Below are positions 27,200 through 41,813 of a stretch of DNA of 64,000 bases, piece by piece. Each line of letters opens with the position of its first letter. Position 1 is the stretch's first letter. The translations under genes were made by a program, and so were the position numbers. Source of the stretch: Octopus vulgaris (Eukaryota). The DNA lies in assembly GCA_951406725.2 (NCBI GenBank), contig OX597823.1, positions 53,444,001-53,508,000 of the forward strand, written 5' to 3'. A model generated the notes under the pieces. It had not been told where the DNA came from and did no database searches. It saw only the letters and a program-made list of their open reading frames with translations.

Positions 27200-27445
27200 G
27201 AGTGAGATAGTTGAATCGTCAGAGAATCAGGCGAAATGCCTTGCCATGCCTGTTTCGGCTCTTTATGGTTCTGAGTTCAAATCCTGCTGAGATCAACTTT
27301 CACCCATCCAGCATCCATAAAATAATGTATCAATCAAATATAGGATCGATTTGATCGACTAATCCCTTCCTTCACCACCACCACCACCACCATCAACACC
27401 ACCGCCACCACCGCCTATGAATTTGAGGCCTTAGGCGTATGTTAG
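27200..27445 (+). mobile_element. Diverged SINE family B
   Basis: GGCGAAATGCC...TTCTGAGTTCAAATCC..GAGATCAACTTT...GATCGATTTGATCGACTAATCCC. Confidence 0.6.
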
Positions 27446-27580
27446 ACATCATTACATTTCCTTTGTTCTCCCTTTCTGCTTACACATTCCTTTGCGTTAA
27501 AACGTATTCTTCGTTCTTACTTTAATCATTAAACGCGTACATGTACATACATATACAAACTTAATCTCAATATAGTTACA

Positions 27581-27684
<104 letters not shown>

Positions 27685-27993
27685 ACATGCATACACAAAT
27701 GTATAGATATGAACGAATGAATATGTGCATGTGTATTTGTAGAAGAGAAATGAAAACTATCGGCCGACTGACTAATGCTAAAGGTTTTCTTCAAAACTCA
27801 TATAGTTTTCTTCATATTTAAAAGCATAGAAAAATAATTATAGTACCAAAGGCAAGTTCTATCCGACATTTTCGTGTGTTGTCGTACAGTCGTTTTCAAG
27901 GATTTATTCAAAACGTTTCATATTAAAAACAAATATAACGTGCACAGTGATAAAACAGTGTTCATATTCGCTGGATGGGTTAGTTGGTGTTAC

Positions 27994-28080
27994 GACTTCA
28001 AATCTTTTACGCGTCCATGCGTGTTGTAAAATTGAAGGCGGCATTCAACTTCCGGCAACTTGTTTGTTGAAATCGGAGGA
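27994..28080. repeat. 87-bp dispersed repeat, second copy at 31156-31242
   Basis: Ungapped manual alignment, about 18 mismatches in 87 bp. Confidence 0.8.
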
Positions 28081-28293
28081 TTCTAAATTTATGAACATGG
28101 CTTCAGCTATTTCTCGGTGGGTATATTCTTTGATTTCCCTTTAGGTGATATAAAGATATATCTTTGATCTACCTTTAGATGGAAGAAATGTATACAAGTT
28201 TTCGAAAAACTTAATATTAAACTGGCCAACCGGACGTGTGATCGTCTTTTCAGTTTTATAACGCATATATGTACATATATAAATAAATATATT

Positions 28294-28371
<78 letters not shown>

Positions 28372-28681
28372 AATATATATATACACACATAAATATATAT
28401 ATGTATATATATATATTCCGTGTGTATGTATGCATGCATGTGTATGTAATTATGTTCCTATGGATGAATGTTCGGACAAATATATGTGCGCGTACATTTG
28501 CATATACGTGCACACACATACACACACATATATATATATATATGAGTGTGTGTGTGTGTATGTATATATAGGTAGGTAGGTAGGTAGGTAGACATGCATA
28601 TATAAAATATAAATATACATCTGTACCTGCATAATACATAATATAAAAATATATATGTATGTTTGTGCATATATACATACA

Positions 28682-28764
<83 letters not shown>

Positions 28765-29079
28765 TACGTCAGTATGCTCTATACACATATAGATTGATGA
28801 GGGAGATGGGCAGACAGAGATGTAGGAGGTAGGCATGAATGTGCAACCTCTTATAGCAATGTTCGATCAACACTCTAGGCGAGTGTTATTTCTGTGTGTA
28901 TATTAGTGTGTCGTTGTGTATGAGTGCGAGTGCGTGAATGTGCTGTCTGTATATACGCATGTGTGTGTGTCTGAAGTGTTATGCGTATACATTTCTTTTC
29001 TGCTCGAGCATCTACGCCATTCGAACAGATTAGAACCAAGGGTTAAATCATCGCTTCGTTTTTAACCTATTTTATATTC

Positions 29080-29282
29080 TCTTCTACTCTAGGCACAAGG
29101 TCCAAAATTTTGTGGGGAGGGGCCGGTAGATTAGATCGACCCCAGTACGCAACTGGTGATTAATTTATCGACCTCGAAAGAATGAAAGGCAAAGTCGACC
29201 TCGGCGGAATTTGAACTCAGAACGTAAAGACAGACGAAATGCCTTTTGTCTGGTGTGCTAACGTATTTGCCAGCTCACCGCC
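29080..29282 (-). mobile_element. SINE family B (TAGAGTAGAA tail)
   Basis: Near full-length reverse-complement copy. Confidence 0.9.
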
Positions 29283-29446
29283 TTCTCATACTATTAATAT
29301 CATAGAAAAAGTCTGGATACTCAGTAGTCATTCATTTAGCTATGATAAATTCGACGTGTAACCGAAACTGCTGCAAACATTTATTTATTTATATATTTTG
29401 TTTTTTTTATTAAATATTTCTAATTCAGGAACAGGCTTAGCATAGA

Positions 29447-30025
29447 GGCAGGCATGGCTGTGTGGTTAAGAAGCTCGCATTACATCCATATGGTCACGTG
29501 TTCAATCCCACTGGGCAGCGCCTTAGACAAGCATCTTCAACCATAACCTCGGGCCGACAATAATTGTGTCGAAGCCCACACTAAATGTGTACGTGTGTGT
29601 ATGTATGTATGTATGTATGTATGTATGTATGTATGTATGTATGTATGTATGTGTGTATGTGTGTGTGTGTGTGAGTGGGTGAGGGTAAGTATGTGTGTAT
29701 GTGTGTTTATGTGTGTGAGAGAAAAAGTGTGTGTGTATGTGTGTGTGAGAGAGAGAGAGAAAGTGTTATATGAGTATGAGTGACAGAAAGTGTGTTTGTG
29801 TGTGTGTGCATATGCTTGACACCTCCTCTCCACCGTTTAGAAATTAGTGTTTGTTCCCGTCCCATAACGTAGCAATATTCGGCAAAAGACAGGCCGATAG
29901 GATAAAAGTACTGAACTCCAAAAAGTAAGTACTAGTGTCGATTTGTTGGGCTAAAAATTCTTCTTCAAGGCCGTGCCATTGGGCATGGCCACTGTCTGAT
30001 GACTGAAACAAGTAAAAGATAAAAA
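29447..30025 (+). mobile_element. SINE family A with expanded internal microsatellite
   Basis: Head TGGCTGTGTGG / GTTCAATCCC, CCTCGGGCCGAC, tail GACTGAAACAAGTAAAAGAT. Confidence 0.82.
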
Positions 30026-30437
30026 AAAATATACAAATAAAAGTAGAATCCGTCAAGACAACACTAATACCTTAAAGAAACGCATGAAAGCTACAACTTC
30101 CATTCTACCAAAAAGTTATCCGACTGCTTACCAGCCAGCATAGCGGAGCGTTGTAGCCTTGTTAATCTACGAACCAAAGCCAAGTAGTTGACTAGGATGA
30201 ACCAACGATCAGCTGTGTCGATGAGCTCCGCTCTTATATTGACACATGTTAACGCATGTGATTCTAATGCTTAACTCTTGGTAAATGCCAAGCTGAAATA
30301 TTAATATTTACTAATATAACAACAAATAGTATTAAATGCGCTTCGGATTTCTTGTGTTTATTTATTTACACGTTTTCTTACAGTATATAGAAATTGTCAG
30401 TTCAGACAAAAATTATTTGTATTTTCATATAGTTTAT

Positions 30438-30576
<139 letters not shown>

Positions 30577-31315
30577 TATATACACATATATATATGTATA
30601 TATGCGCATAAATACATACGTATTTATGTGTTACTTTTTTAATTTTAAAAAAATGAGTTCAGTATAATCTGAGTGAGATTTACTACTCTTTCTAGCAAAT
30701 CACCTGACCTCGTACAAGTTTTGTCCTTGGCTCACTCATTCATGAATACTTCATGCAGATCAGTTAATCAACAATTAGAAGGCAACTTATCTGGATTATT
30801 GGCGGTAAAAGCGAATGACTGACATAGCTTCATTTGAGTGTTGTACTTGATCAGCGAGGTCTTACTAGTACTAAAGACCTCCGAGCAAATCAAGGCGCTG
30901 AACCCTATAGTATTCCTCGACAGCAAGGGTCAGCATACATCGATCATAATTGGATCTCTAGATCCAAGGGGCTCTGGACAACTACCTAGTGTGTCTATGC
31001 TTGAAGATGATACTGTGCTTGACTACAGATTTCTATGAATGTCTGTTTTAAAACACTGTCATGCCTCGTCGACAAACTATGATGGAACCCTATCTTGACA
31101 ACATTAAGAGTTTTTTTATAGATAGGTCCGTCTGTAGAGATGATTACGTTGTCAAGACTTCAAATCTTGTAGGCGCCCGTAGACGTTGTAAAATTGAAGG
31201 CGATGCTCAACTTCAGGTAAATTGTTTGTTGAAAGTGGAAGAAGTTAATAATACCTTGTTTTAAAAAATATTCGTAAACCCAGAATGGAGTTAGTTGAAA
31301 AGAAACTCACGTTTT

Positions 31316-31359
<44 letters not shown>

Positions 31360-31509
31360 AATTGGCTCAAAAGCAAATAGCAAGGCCATGTAGGGGGACA
31401 TGGAGTTAAGTACAGGGTGGTGTTCATGTAAAGAGTTCAGGCCACTTGAGGTCCAGGGAGGCCTTGAACAAAGCGGTCGTCGGCATCTTCACCATCTCGT
31501 CTGGCAGCT
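31316..31509 (-). mobile_element. 5'-truncated CR1-clade LINE end with (AACT)n tail
   Basis: Minus strand LPDEMVKMPTTALFKASLDLKWPELFT* (stop at 31424-31426), typical of the LP..VV.....FK..LD..W CR1 terminus, followed by a short UTR and tetranucleotide tail. Confidence 0.78.
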
Positions 31510-31733
31510 ACTAGCCTTTCAAATGAATGCAAATAAATTGGTGTGTTCAAATAATGGACGGCGAAAGGGAATATGAAGTGAATAACATACTAACTGGTGC
31601 AAGAATTTCCGCAGATTCCGGATTTTATTCTAATGAAATATTAGTTTATTTAATGTTGCTTGTTATTTAGCCTCAGATCAGTCTTAACACACCAGACCTA
31701 TCAGTAAATATATGTATATATACTGATTTGCTA

Positions 31734-32077
31734 GAAAAGGTAAAGATCCCCTTCGGTCATAAATGACCATGGGATCACACCTGAAAAGTTACCCTCCGAG
31801 GCACAAGTCCAGGCAAAGTTGTTTATGGAAGACCAGCAGCCGCCCATGCGTGTCAGCCTTTCCTCTCCACACCACCAGTGTTATCCAAGGGAAAAACAGA
31901 GGCAGATACAGCTTGGCATCAGTGACGTCGCAACTCATTTCTATAGCTGAATGAACTGGATCAATGTGGAATAAAGTGTCTTGCTCAATACCACAATACA
32001 CAGACCGGCCCGAAAATTGAACTCACTGCCGCATGATTGTGAACCTGACGCTCTAACCAGTGATCCATGCGCCCTTC
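31734..32077 (-). mobile_element. CORE-like SINE family C (tail type 3, ending CTTTACCTTTT) with TSD
   Basis: Head GCGCATGGATCACTGGTTAG, GAGTTCAATTTTC, TTGAGCAAGACACTTTATTCCAC; TSD TGATTTGCTA at 31724-31733 / 32081-32090. Confidence 0.85.
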
Positions 32078-32407
32078 ACATGATTTGCTAAAAATTATAT
32101 AATCGCCATCATGACCAACAACAACCATAAAAAGAAACAGGAAAAAAAAGATATGGAAATTAGTGATTATAACATGAAGAGAAATTGCTTCTGCAAGGAA
32201 TGGCAATAAAACATTGTGGATCCGTAATTCTTGTGTAATAATCTGCAATCCTCGTAAACAAGGGGTATAACTGCTGCAACTAAGCAAAGCTTAAAGAACG
32301 AACGTAAGTCCATAACAACTAAGTGTTGAATAATTTACTATTATCATCATTAAAGCTTGCAGCAGTGTCTATAAGATATATCCATGCATGCGCAAACACA
32401 TTCGTGA

Positions 32408-32467
<60 letters not shown>

Positions 32468-32826
32468 TGCATACATACATACATACATACATACAAACAT
32501 ACATACATACATACATACATACATACATACATACTGTATGTGCGTATTTGGATCATATATCCATATATATAACAAATACATATGTATAATGTAACCAAAT
32601 ACTTGTTTCTAAAATTACAGATACTCTCAATATATGAGTACAAGTATAGCTACATATATACCTACTTATGTGCACAGATTAATTCTCGTGTTTACACGTC
32701 CCAGGGGCGGTTTTCAGTTAAATACTATACAAAAATATGTCTTGTCACTTTGTTAGTGAGTCTTTGATGAGGTACGTAATTAAGTCTCAAAGAAAACGCT
32801 AGCGCGCATATACTCACGTGCGCGCG

Positions 32827-32858
<32 letters not shown>

Positions 32859-33034
32859 AGCACGCACTCACACAGAAATATATATACATACTTATGCATA
32901 CATACTCACATGTACGCATTAATATATACATATATATATATATATATATACACATGTACATATATATATATACCTGTACACATATATATATATACACATA
33001 CACATATATACATGTACACACATATATATATACA

Positions 33035-33098
<64 letters not shown>

Positions 33099-34424
33099 GT
33101 ATACACATTTATACTTGTGTGAGTATATATATTTATATATATATATATATATTTATATATACACATGCCTATACACATACACACATATATATATATTTCA
33201 TATGCACAAACACGCCAACATACACATACATATATAAACGCGTAAATTAGTATACAAATACGAACCACTGCTGGCACCCAATTTATTTTCCCACGAAATT
33301 AATTATATCACTCTAATGGAAAGTATATTCTTTCTCGATAGAGCTGCTGCACACATTAAGAATACTTCGCTAGAGAAGCAACTTAGGAAAAATAAACCAA
33401 TCTGGTTCGCCTTCATCAAAACTTCTACCCGGATTTTTTCAAAAGAACGTATAAAAAGAAAAAAAGAATAAAAAGAAACAGAAAAAAAGCATCTATTGTA
33501 CATAACCACCCTAAATAAATCAACTACAGCCTGGATAAAAGAGCCTGCAGTGAAAGAGTTAAAGTGTAAAACAATCTCCAGTTCTATGTTGCACCTATTA
33601 CACAGATAAAACATTCTACTGTATTCCTCTAAAACAAGATAACGAAAAATTATTGGCGAGTCACTTCAACTGGAACAAAAAGAGATTCGTTGTGAAAGGG
33701 AAAAAATCGTAGTAAATACATCAATGAAATATAGTCAGGAGCTACTCTTTCCAAAAATATCTCCCATGTAGCGCTTTAAATAATGAACAAATCGATTCTA
33801 GTATAAATTTATTGTATCCTCCAATATACTGATTAGCGAGAGAACATTATATCATTGTTAGAGTTTTGTTGTTGTTGTTGTTTTTGTTTTTTGTTCGTTG
33901 AGGTTTTTTTTTTGTTTTGTTTTGTTTTTTCTTTTTTTTTTTGTTTTTGGTAATTTAACCAAACGAATCGGCATTTAAAAGGTATTATTTCTATCATGAG
34001 GATTTGAGAATACATTCTGAATACATTCTGTATTAAAATATTCAGTCAACAGTAGCAAAAAAAAAAAAAAAAAGTATATATAAATGAATAAATGAATAAT
34101 ATACTCCTCTCGGATTTCGTTGCAACTCCAAATCATACGGAAAGGAAGAATTATTTTTTTTCACAATCAGCAACAAAGAATTACCCTAAATTGTTTACTT
34201 CCATTTTTGGCTAGAATTCATATTATGTTCCATATCATTCAGCCGATGCTTAAACTCCGTTTGTGTATTAGTTGTAGAAGCTTTACTTCGAATAAGTACA
34301 CAACATACATAGAATGAAGATAACAGCTATAAGTGATTGCTTTATCAATAACGAAACATATCTATTTGATGTTTAATGCAGTAATATAGCTACTATGAAA
34401 ATAGCTTGCTTACTGCAAAGTCTA

Positions 34425-34618
34425 TAAACAGAGGCAAGATAAATAATATAAAGCTGTTTGTAGAGCATATAGTATGTATATAAAGACAGAGCTATATAAA
34501 TAATATAGTTGTCGGTATATTAAATGATATGCAGATAACTACGTTATTTAGATAACTCTCTCTTTATATACTATATGCTCTACAAACAGCTTTATATTAT
34601 TTATCTTGCCTCTCTTTA
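34425..34618. repeat. Long fold-back palindrome (~194 nt hairpin)
   Basis: 34430-34475 is the exact reverse complement of 34568-34613 (46 bp). Pairing continues imperfectly to a ~6-nt loop at 34521-34526. Confidence 0.93.
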
Positions 34619-34984
34619 CATTTATAAAGCTCTCGCTCTCTCTCTATATATAATTATAAGCTTCCACCGTATATCGACAATAGAAAATGGTCTAAATATT
34701 AGCGGGGAATATAAATTCCCATGTCAACACACCACACTTATTGCGAAAATAAGAGCTGAGAGTTCGTTTTCCACGCGTTCCAATGCCTATTTACCCCCAC
34801 CCACGTTATGGAGTTTTATATGTCCTTAATATTAGACTAATTTCTATAGTCAATATAGGGTGAAAGCTTATAATTCTATTTACAAAACGTTCACTCCCTA
34901 CCGTTTTCTAGTTCACATGTTTACACACACACACGCACACACATAATACAAGGAAAGGGAACGAACAGGTTTTAATCACGGCAT

Positions 34985-35065
34985 TTACGATCTGAGTTCA
35001 AATTCCACCGAAGTCGACTTTGCCTTTTATCCTTTCGGGGTCGATAAAATAAGTTCCAGTTGAGT
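34985..35065 (+). mobile_element. SINE family B fragment
   Basis: TCTGAGTTCAAATTCCACCGAAGTCGACTTTGCCTTTTATCCTTTCGGGGTCGATAAAATAAG. Confidence 0.8.
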
Positions 35066-36223
35066 CCTTCTGTTGATATACATATTAATAGATATATCTA
35101 GTACTATGGCACATTATATCGAAAGGGTTACAGAAAACGTTTTTCAAACCAGTCGGTAGGTTTGAACTCAGAATACAAAGGCACGTAAGCCAATAGTACC
35201 AGGCATTTTGTTCGGTGCGCTATGAATTCTCTTATTCACAATCTGCTTTTTCTGGAGATATCAATTAATATAAGATAGAGGACAGTGTTTGTAATGGAAG
35301 AGAGAATAATCATATAAGCAAACGTCCGTAATCATTACATACATCAGTGAGTATATATTACTGTTAGGGACGTATATGCGTGTGTGGATGTGTGCATGTT
35401 TGTGTGTGTGTATATACATATATACACACATGTATGTATGTATTATATGTGTGTGTGTGCGAGTGTGTGTATGTGTATATATATATTATATATATGATAT
35501 ATATATATATACACATATATATACATTGATAGGTAAACATACAGATGCATATATATACATATATATGCATGTATGGTTATAAGTAAATATGCTTACGTAT
35601 ATGCATGTGTATATGTATGTGTGTGTGCGTTCGTGTATGTGTGTGTGCGTGCGTGCGCGCGTGTGTGTTCGTGTGTATGCATGAGAGAGTCGGTATGGGT
35701 TTCATAAACGGACAGACGCGCGCACGTGTTTATGCGTTCGCGTGTGTATGTGCATGTTGCGCTTCTGTACATGTGCACATGTGTATGTATACCTGAGTTT
35801 GTGTGTGTGTGTTTGTGTGTGTATGTGTGTGTGTATGCGTGTGCGTGTGTGTGTGTGTTTGTGTATGTGTGTGTGTACGCAGGCACGCGTATGTATCCGT
35901 TATTTGCATGCAGTCAAAACATCGTTATATACTTCATCGAATCGAAATGAGATTCATGGAATTAGCACAGCGTAAGGCTAACGTATGGAACTAGTAAGAC
36001 TACATCTGCTATTACAAAACAATACAATCGCTGACAGTGCTACCATGAGATTTCCGTTGCGGCATAGCTTCACAACAATTGCACGTCTCTTTGAATTTCA
36101 TTAAAAACCGCCCCTTATATTAAATGCCATGCAAATGTCAGTTGTTTCGTAATGACACACATACATTCTCTCATATTGTAGATTCACTGTTAGTCACAGG
36201 TGAGCAATGAAAAATAAATAGAT

Positions 36224-36856
<633 letters not shown>

Positions 36857-37178
36857 ATATTTAGATAGTGTTTAAGGAAACAGCCGGAGCAGTACATGTG
36901 CATAGTATATGCATTTTGACATGCCTCTATATGAAAGCAACAAAGGCAATTCAAAGAACACGAATAACGTTCGCATTATGGTACATCTGCTTTAACCGAG
37001 GTGCATGGTACACACATATTGCACATAACTGCTAAGGTGATGATGCATAAATCAATGTGAATAACTCTATATCTAAACCGATTATAAATAATTATCAAGT
37101 AAGTTGATATCCCGATTTCAAGTTTACGACATATTTTAATCGTAGCAATTATAAAGATTTTTAAAAATATTATTGATA

Positions 37179-37570
37179 GGCGCAGGAGTGGCTGTGTGGT
37201 AAGTAGCTTGTTTCCCAACCACATGGTTCCGGGTTCATTCCCACTGCGTGGCACCTTGGGTAAGTGTCTTCTACTATAGCCTCGGGCTGACCAAAGCCTT
37301 GTGAGTGGATTTGGTAGACGGAAACTGAAAGAAGCCCGTCGTATATATGTATATATATATGTATGTGCGTGTATGTTTGTGTGTCTGTGTTTGTCCCCCT
37401 AGCATTGCTTGACAACCGATGTTGGTGTGTTTATGTCCCCGTTACTAAGCAGTTCGGCAAAAGAGACCGATAGAATAAGTACTGGGCTTACAAAAGAATA
37501 AGTCCCGGGGTCGAGTTGCTCGATTAAAGGCGGTGCTGAAACAAGTAAATGACTGAAACAAGTAAAAAAA
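37179..37570 (+). mobile_element. SINE family A, near-consensus copy
   Basis: GGCGCAGGAGTGGCTGTGTGG...GGTTCATTCCC...GCACCTTGGGTAAGTGTCTT...AAGGCGGTGCTGAAACAAGTAAATGACTGAAACAAGTAAA. Confidence 0.93.
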
Positions 37571-37628
37571 AAATATTTATTTTAGATTTGGTTATATATT
37601 GACACACAAGCTTGCATCATTGTGTATA

Positions 37629-37848
37629 TTGGTTTCAAATTTTGGCACAGGGTCAGCTATTTCGTGGGGGTAAGGACTAAGTCGATTACATCGCATTCAG
37701 TGATCAGCAGGTGCTTATTTTATCGTCTCCGAAAGGTGAGGAAAAGCAAAGTCGACCTCTGCAGAATTTGAACTCAGAAAGTAAAGACGGTCGAAAGGCC
37801 GCTAAGCATTTTGGCCGGCGTGCTAACAATTCTGCTAGTTCGCCACCT
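37629..37848 (-). mobile_element. SINE family B
   Basis: Full-length reverse-complement copy. Confidence 0.88.
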
Positions 37849-38231
37849 TTATCATTATATATATATATATAAGATATATCTTTAGCCTACTCAATTTCAA
37901 ATTTATCTTTTAATAATAACGCTTTGTAGTCAATTATTATCGTCTCCTGCAAAGCTAAAAATGAAGACCTGAGAAGCATCTCGACTCTAAAAAGATTGTT
38001 AAATAGTTCAAATATCGTGGCCACCCCATCTGCTCCACACTGTTCGCCTCCTATCAAAGCAGTTTCTTTCTTAGGTTTTTCGTTTTTTTTATAGTTTTCG
38101 TTTTTTGCTTGTTTCTTTTTGCTTTTTTGCGTTTTTTTTTCTTTCTTTGTTTTTAGTTTTTATTGCTGATTACTGTTTACTTTACATTTCGAATTTTTCG
38201 CTTAGTCATTCGGAATTGGTAAAGTTGAAAT

Positions 38232-38430
38232 ATTAGTTTCACATTTTGGCACAAGGCCAGAAATTATGGGAGAAGGTGCAAGTCGATTACATCGACCTTA
38301 GTGCTCAGCTGCTATTTATTTTATCGATTCCAAATCGATTCTGGCGGCACTTGAACTCACAACATAAAATCTGCAGAAATGACACTATGTATTTTTTTCT
38401 GGCGCGGTAACGAATCTGCCAGCTTGCTAC
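38232..38430 (-). mobile_element. SINE family B with internal deletion
   Basis: Tail, AAGTCGATTACATCGAC and head present; diverged flanking repeat TTGGT(A/T)AAG(T/C)TGAA. Confidence 0.75.
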
Positions 38431-39588
38431 GTTGGTTAAGCTGAAGTACTGAAAGAGAAAAGTCCATTGTTTTCCAACTCAGCATTGTTAAGTGTGTATA
38501 TATACACATACAAGAATGCCTCAAGTGAAACTACAATACCTTAGTTTCATATACTAAGCTGTGTTAGGGTTATATCCCTTAAATGAAGAGCAGCTGGTTA
38601 AATTCCAGAATTTTCCCATCTCAGAAGCAACTAAATAAGGTTTATCATTATTCTAAAATAAATCTTCTCCGTCGGTTATTTCAAATCAAATTTAATACGA
38701 AACTAAGGAATCACTTGAAAGTAGTACATTCCTCCGACATTAGATAATTCTGTCTTTTGTCATTCATGTCTTAGTTAACAATAATCCGACAGTGAAATAC
38801 CAAGATTATTCCAATATGAAATTTTTTTTTTTTTCTACTTTCATTCATGAGTCTTCTCTCTCCACAGTGCTTGGTGAAAACATAGTTGTTAATTAGTATT
38901 TTGAGGGAGAGGGGAAAAAAACAAACGCATAATGATATTTTTGTTCGCTGCAGCTTATCAATAATGATGACACGGAATAAAGAATAATTGATACAAATGC
39001 ATATTTGACGTTCAAGTTAGATTAGATGAAAATACAAAAAAATAATAATAAAACTATCCTCTTCACCATAAAAAAGCGCTTATACAAATGTCTGCATTAT
39101 TAAGTCATTGATAATGTTACATAAAAAAAAAACACTTCGATGATATTAACGTATTCCTTAGAGAAATACACTGCCATGTCTCCTTTTATAAAAGTATGAC
39201 TGCATAATATTCTGTCTACTGGAATAAGATAGGAAACAAAAGGCTTTAACATAAGCACGAGTAGCAGTTATATTCTTCAGTACTTTGTTTAACTCGCATC
39301 TGTTGGGCAATTTCCGGCCAAGCTTTACTTGTCATATTCAACTAGGATTGCAATTGAATTTCTGTTCATTGACGATATATCTTTGTATTTTGTTGTCAAT
39401 GATAAAATTATTTCCGGTTTAACTAACGTTTTCTTTAGCATATCTTTCTTTTCCATATTTAGACAAACATTTGAGACAACACGATATTTTTATCAAAAAC
39501 GTTTTTTTTTAAACCAAAGATGTTGGTTATTTCTAACTTCCAGCGTGTTTTTCATGAGGAAATGACTAGACACACACACACATACACC

Positions 39589-40076
39589 AGCACGCCGGGC
39601 GAAATGCGTAGCCGTATTTCGTCCGCCGCTACGTTCTGAGTTCAAATTCCCCCGAGGTCGACTTTGCCTTTCATCCTTTCGGGGTCGATAAATTAAGTAC
39701 AAGTTACGCACTGGGGTCGATGTAATCGACTTAACCCGTTGGTCTGTCCTTATTTGTCCCCTCTATGTTTAGCCCCTTGTGGGTAATAAAGAAACATAAA
39801 TATATATATATATATATATATACGTTCTGAGTTCAAATGCCGCCGGGATTGACTTTGCTTAAAGCGGTGAGCGGCAGAATCATTACCGCAAAGGAAAAGA
39901 TTCTTAGTGGCATTTCTTCCGACTTTACGTTCTGAGTTCACATGCTGCCGTGGTCATCTTTACCTTTCATCCTTTCTGAGTCGATCAAATAAGTACCAGT
40001 TGAACACTAAGGTCGATGAAATTGACTTACATCCTCCTCCCCAATTGTTCGTCTTGTACCAAAATTTGAAACTAAC
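39589..40076 (+). mobile_element. Cluster of SINE family B copies (39589-39797, stub 39821-39858, 39864-40076)
   Basis: The first copy ends with the GCCCCTTGTGGGTAATAAAGAAA tail, the last with the TTGTACCAAAATTTGAAA tail. Confidence 0.87.
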
Positions 40077-40577
40077 AATAGAGACAAATTTGTTAATATT
40101 AATTGCCATTATTTAAGTTCATTACTTAAATATAACAAATATAATTATAGCGTATCTGTAATGAATATCCACAAAGCACAAAAGCACACGTTCAAACGAA
40201 TGAAAAACTAAATCCTGATATTTAGAAGATTCGTTTCAAATGGTACGTCTTTAAACCAGTGGTTCTTTAAAGGAATTATCATGACTTAATTGTTTTTGAC
40301 CATTAGCCAGTTTGATCAGAACTGACTTCATATCCGTTCTTCTCCGCCATTTTTGATCTTCGTTTTATTCGGATTTGCCCTCTAATCCATTCGATGTTTA
40401 AAAAACCCCTTTGTATTTTTATTGTTAAGCATTATTAGAATTATATAAAAATAATTGTTAAAATATTTTGCGTATTGTAGAAATACAGCGAATTTGTTGC
40501 ACAAATTTTAACAGCAAAATCTTGTTGGATCCCCGAGGGTATTTAGATGAAAATACAACACACGTTACTCCCATATA

Positions 40578-40608
<31 letters not shown>

Positions 40609-40611
40609 ATT

Positions 40612-40842
40612 CTTTAACTTGTTTCAATCGTTTGACTGCGGCCATGCTGGAGCATCACCTTGAAGGATTTTAGTCGGACAAATCGACCCCAGTATTTATT
40701 TTTTAAGCCTGGTACTTGTCCTAGCGGTTTCTTTTGTCGAACCGCCAAGTTACAAAGATGCAAACACACCAAAGCCGTTTCTCAAGCAGTGGGGGTGGGC
40801 AAGCATAGACATAAAGACGCACGCACACACACATATATACAT

Positions 40843-40926
<84 letters not shown>

Positions 40927-41097
40927 GCATATACGACGGGCTTCTTTCAGTTTCTATCTATCAAATCCACTCAAAAGGCTTTGGTCAACCCTAGGCTAGA
41001 GTAGAAGATATTTGCCGAAGGTGCCATGCAGTGGGACCGAACCCGGAACCATGTGGTTGGAAAGCAAGCTTCTTACCACACAGCCATGCCTGCGCCT
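40612..41097 (-). mobile_element. SINE family A, full-length
   Basis: Reverse complement from tail (ACTTGTTTCA..TGACTGCGGCCATGCTGGAGCA) to head (ACCACACAGCCATGCCTGCGCC). Confidence 0.92.
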
Positions 41098-41575
41098 GAA
41101 ACGCTCGCTCATAATCTTTTATACACTTGAAAAATTTGTCCTGCCTCCCACACCCTACCGCCAAGCGCACAATTCGCCTCCTGAACTTTGCTGAATATTC
41201 TTATATTCATTATTTTTATCACAGACTTCATCCACGATTCACCGAATGGAATGTTTTCCGTTTTCTTTCTTTCTCTTGTGAGAACATGCGTGAATGTGTC
41301 TCCATTTATTTTGCATTCCGTATGTACGAGTATGTCGATGATACAAAGGTGTCATTAGTTATAGCAGATTTAGTGGAGTGGGGGAATGTATTACATTTTC
41401 AAGTCTTTAAAATATTTAGCACCGTCTAAAATAATAGGATTTGGCCACGAATGAATGGAAGTGTTTCTTCTGGAGAACAAGATATACGACTCGAAAATTG
41501 ATTCCCGCCATTATGTTATAATCATTTTTGGGAGGGGGAAAGAGAAAAGATGAGGAGGAGGAAAAGGGGTGTAAA

Positions 41576-41813
41576 GAAGAAGAAGAAGAAGAAGAAGAAG
41601 AAGAAGAAGAAGAAGAAGAAGAAGAAGAAGAAGAAGAAGAAGAAGAAGAAGAAGAAGAAGAAGAAGAAGAAGAAGAAGAAAGAAGAGGAGAAGAGGAAGA
41701 AGAAGAAGAAGAAGAAGAAGAAGAAGAAGAAGAAGAAGAAGAAGAAGAAGAAGAAGAAGAAGAAGAAGAAGAAGAAGAAGAAGAAGAAGAAGAAGAAGAA
41801 GAAGAAGAAGAAG
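41576..41813. repeat. (GAA)n tract, ~235 bp
   Basis: Two pure runs separated by a short AGGAG interruption. Confidence 0.97.

Noticed and set aside
29996-30014. CTGATGA-CT-GAAACAAGTA hammerhead-like string in a SINE A tail
   Set aside because: No room for helix II, and other copies read CAAATGA or CTAATGA.
30965-31016. Possible hAT-like terminal sequence
   Set aside because: Only one decayed end is recognisable; no partner TIR or TSD.
37179-37250. tRNA-like heads of SINEs as tRNA genes
   Set aside because: They have A and B boxes but run into SINE bodies and do not form complete cloverleaves.
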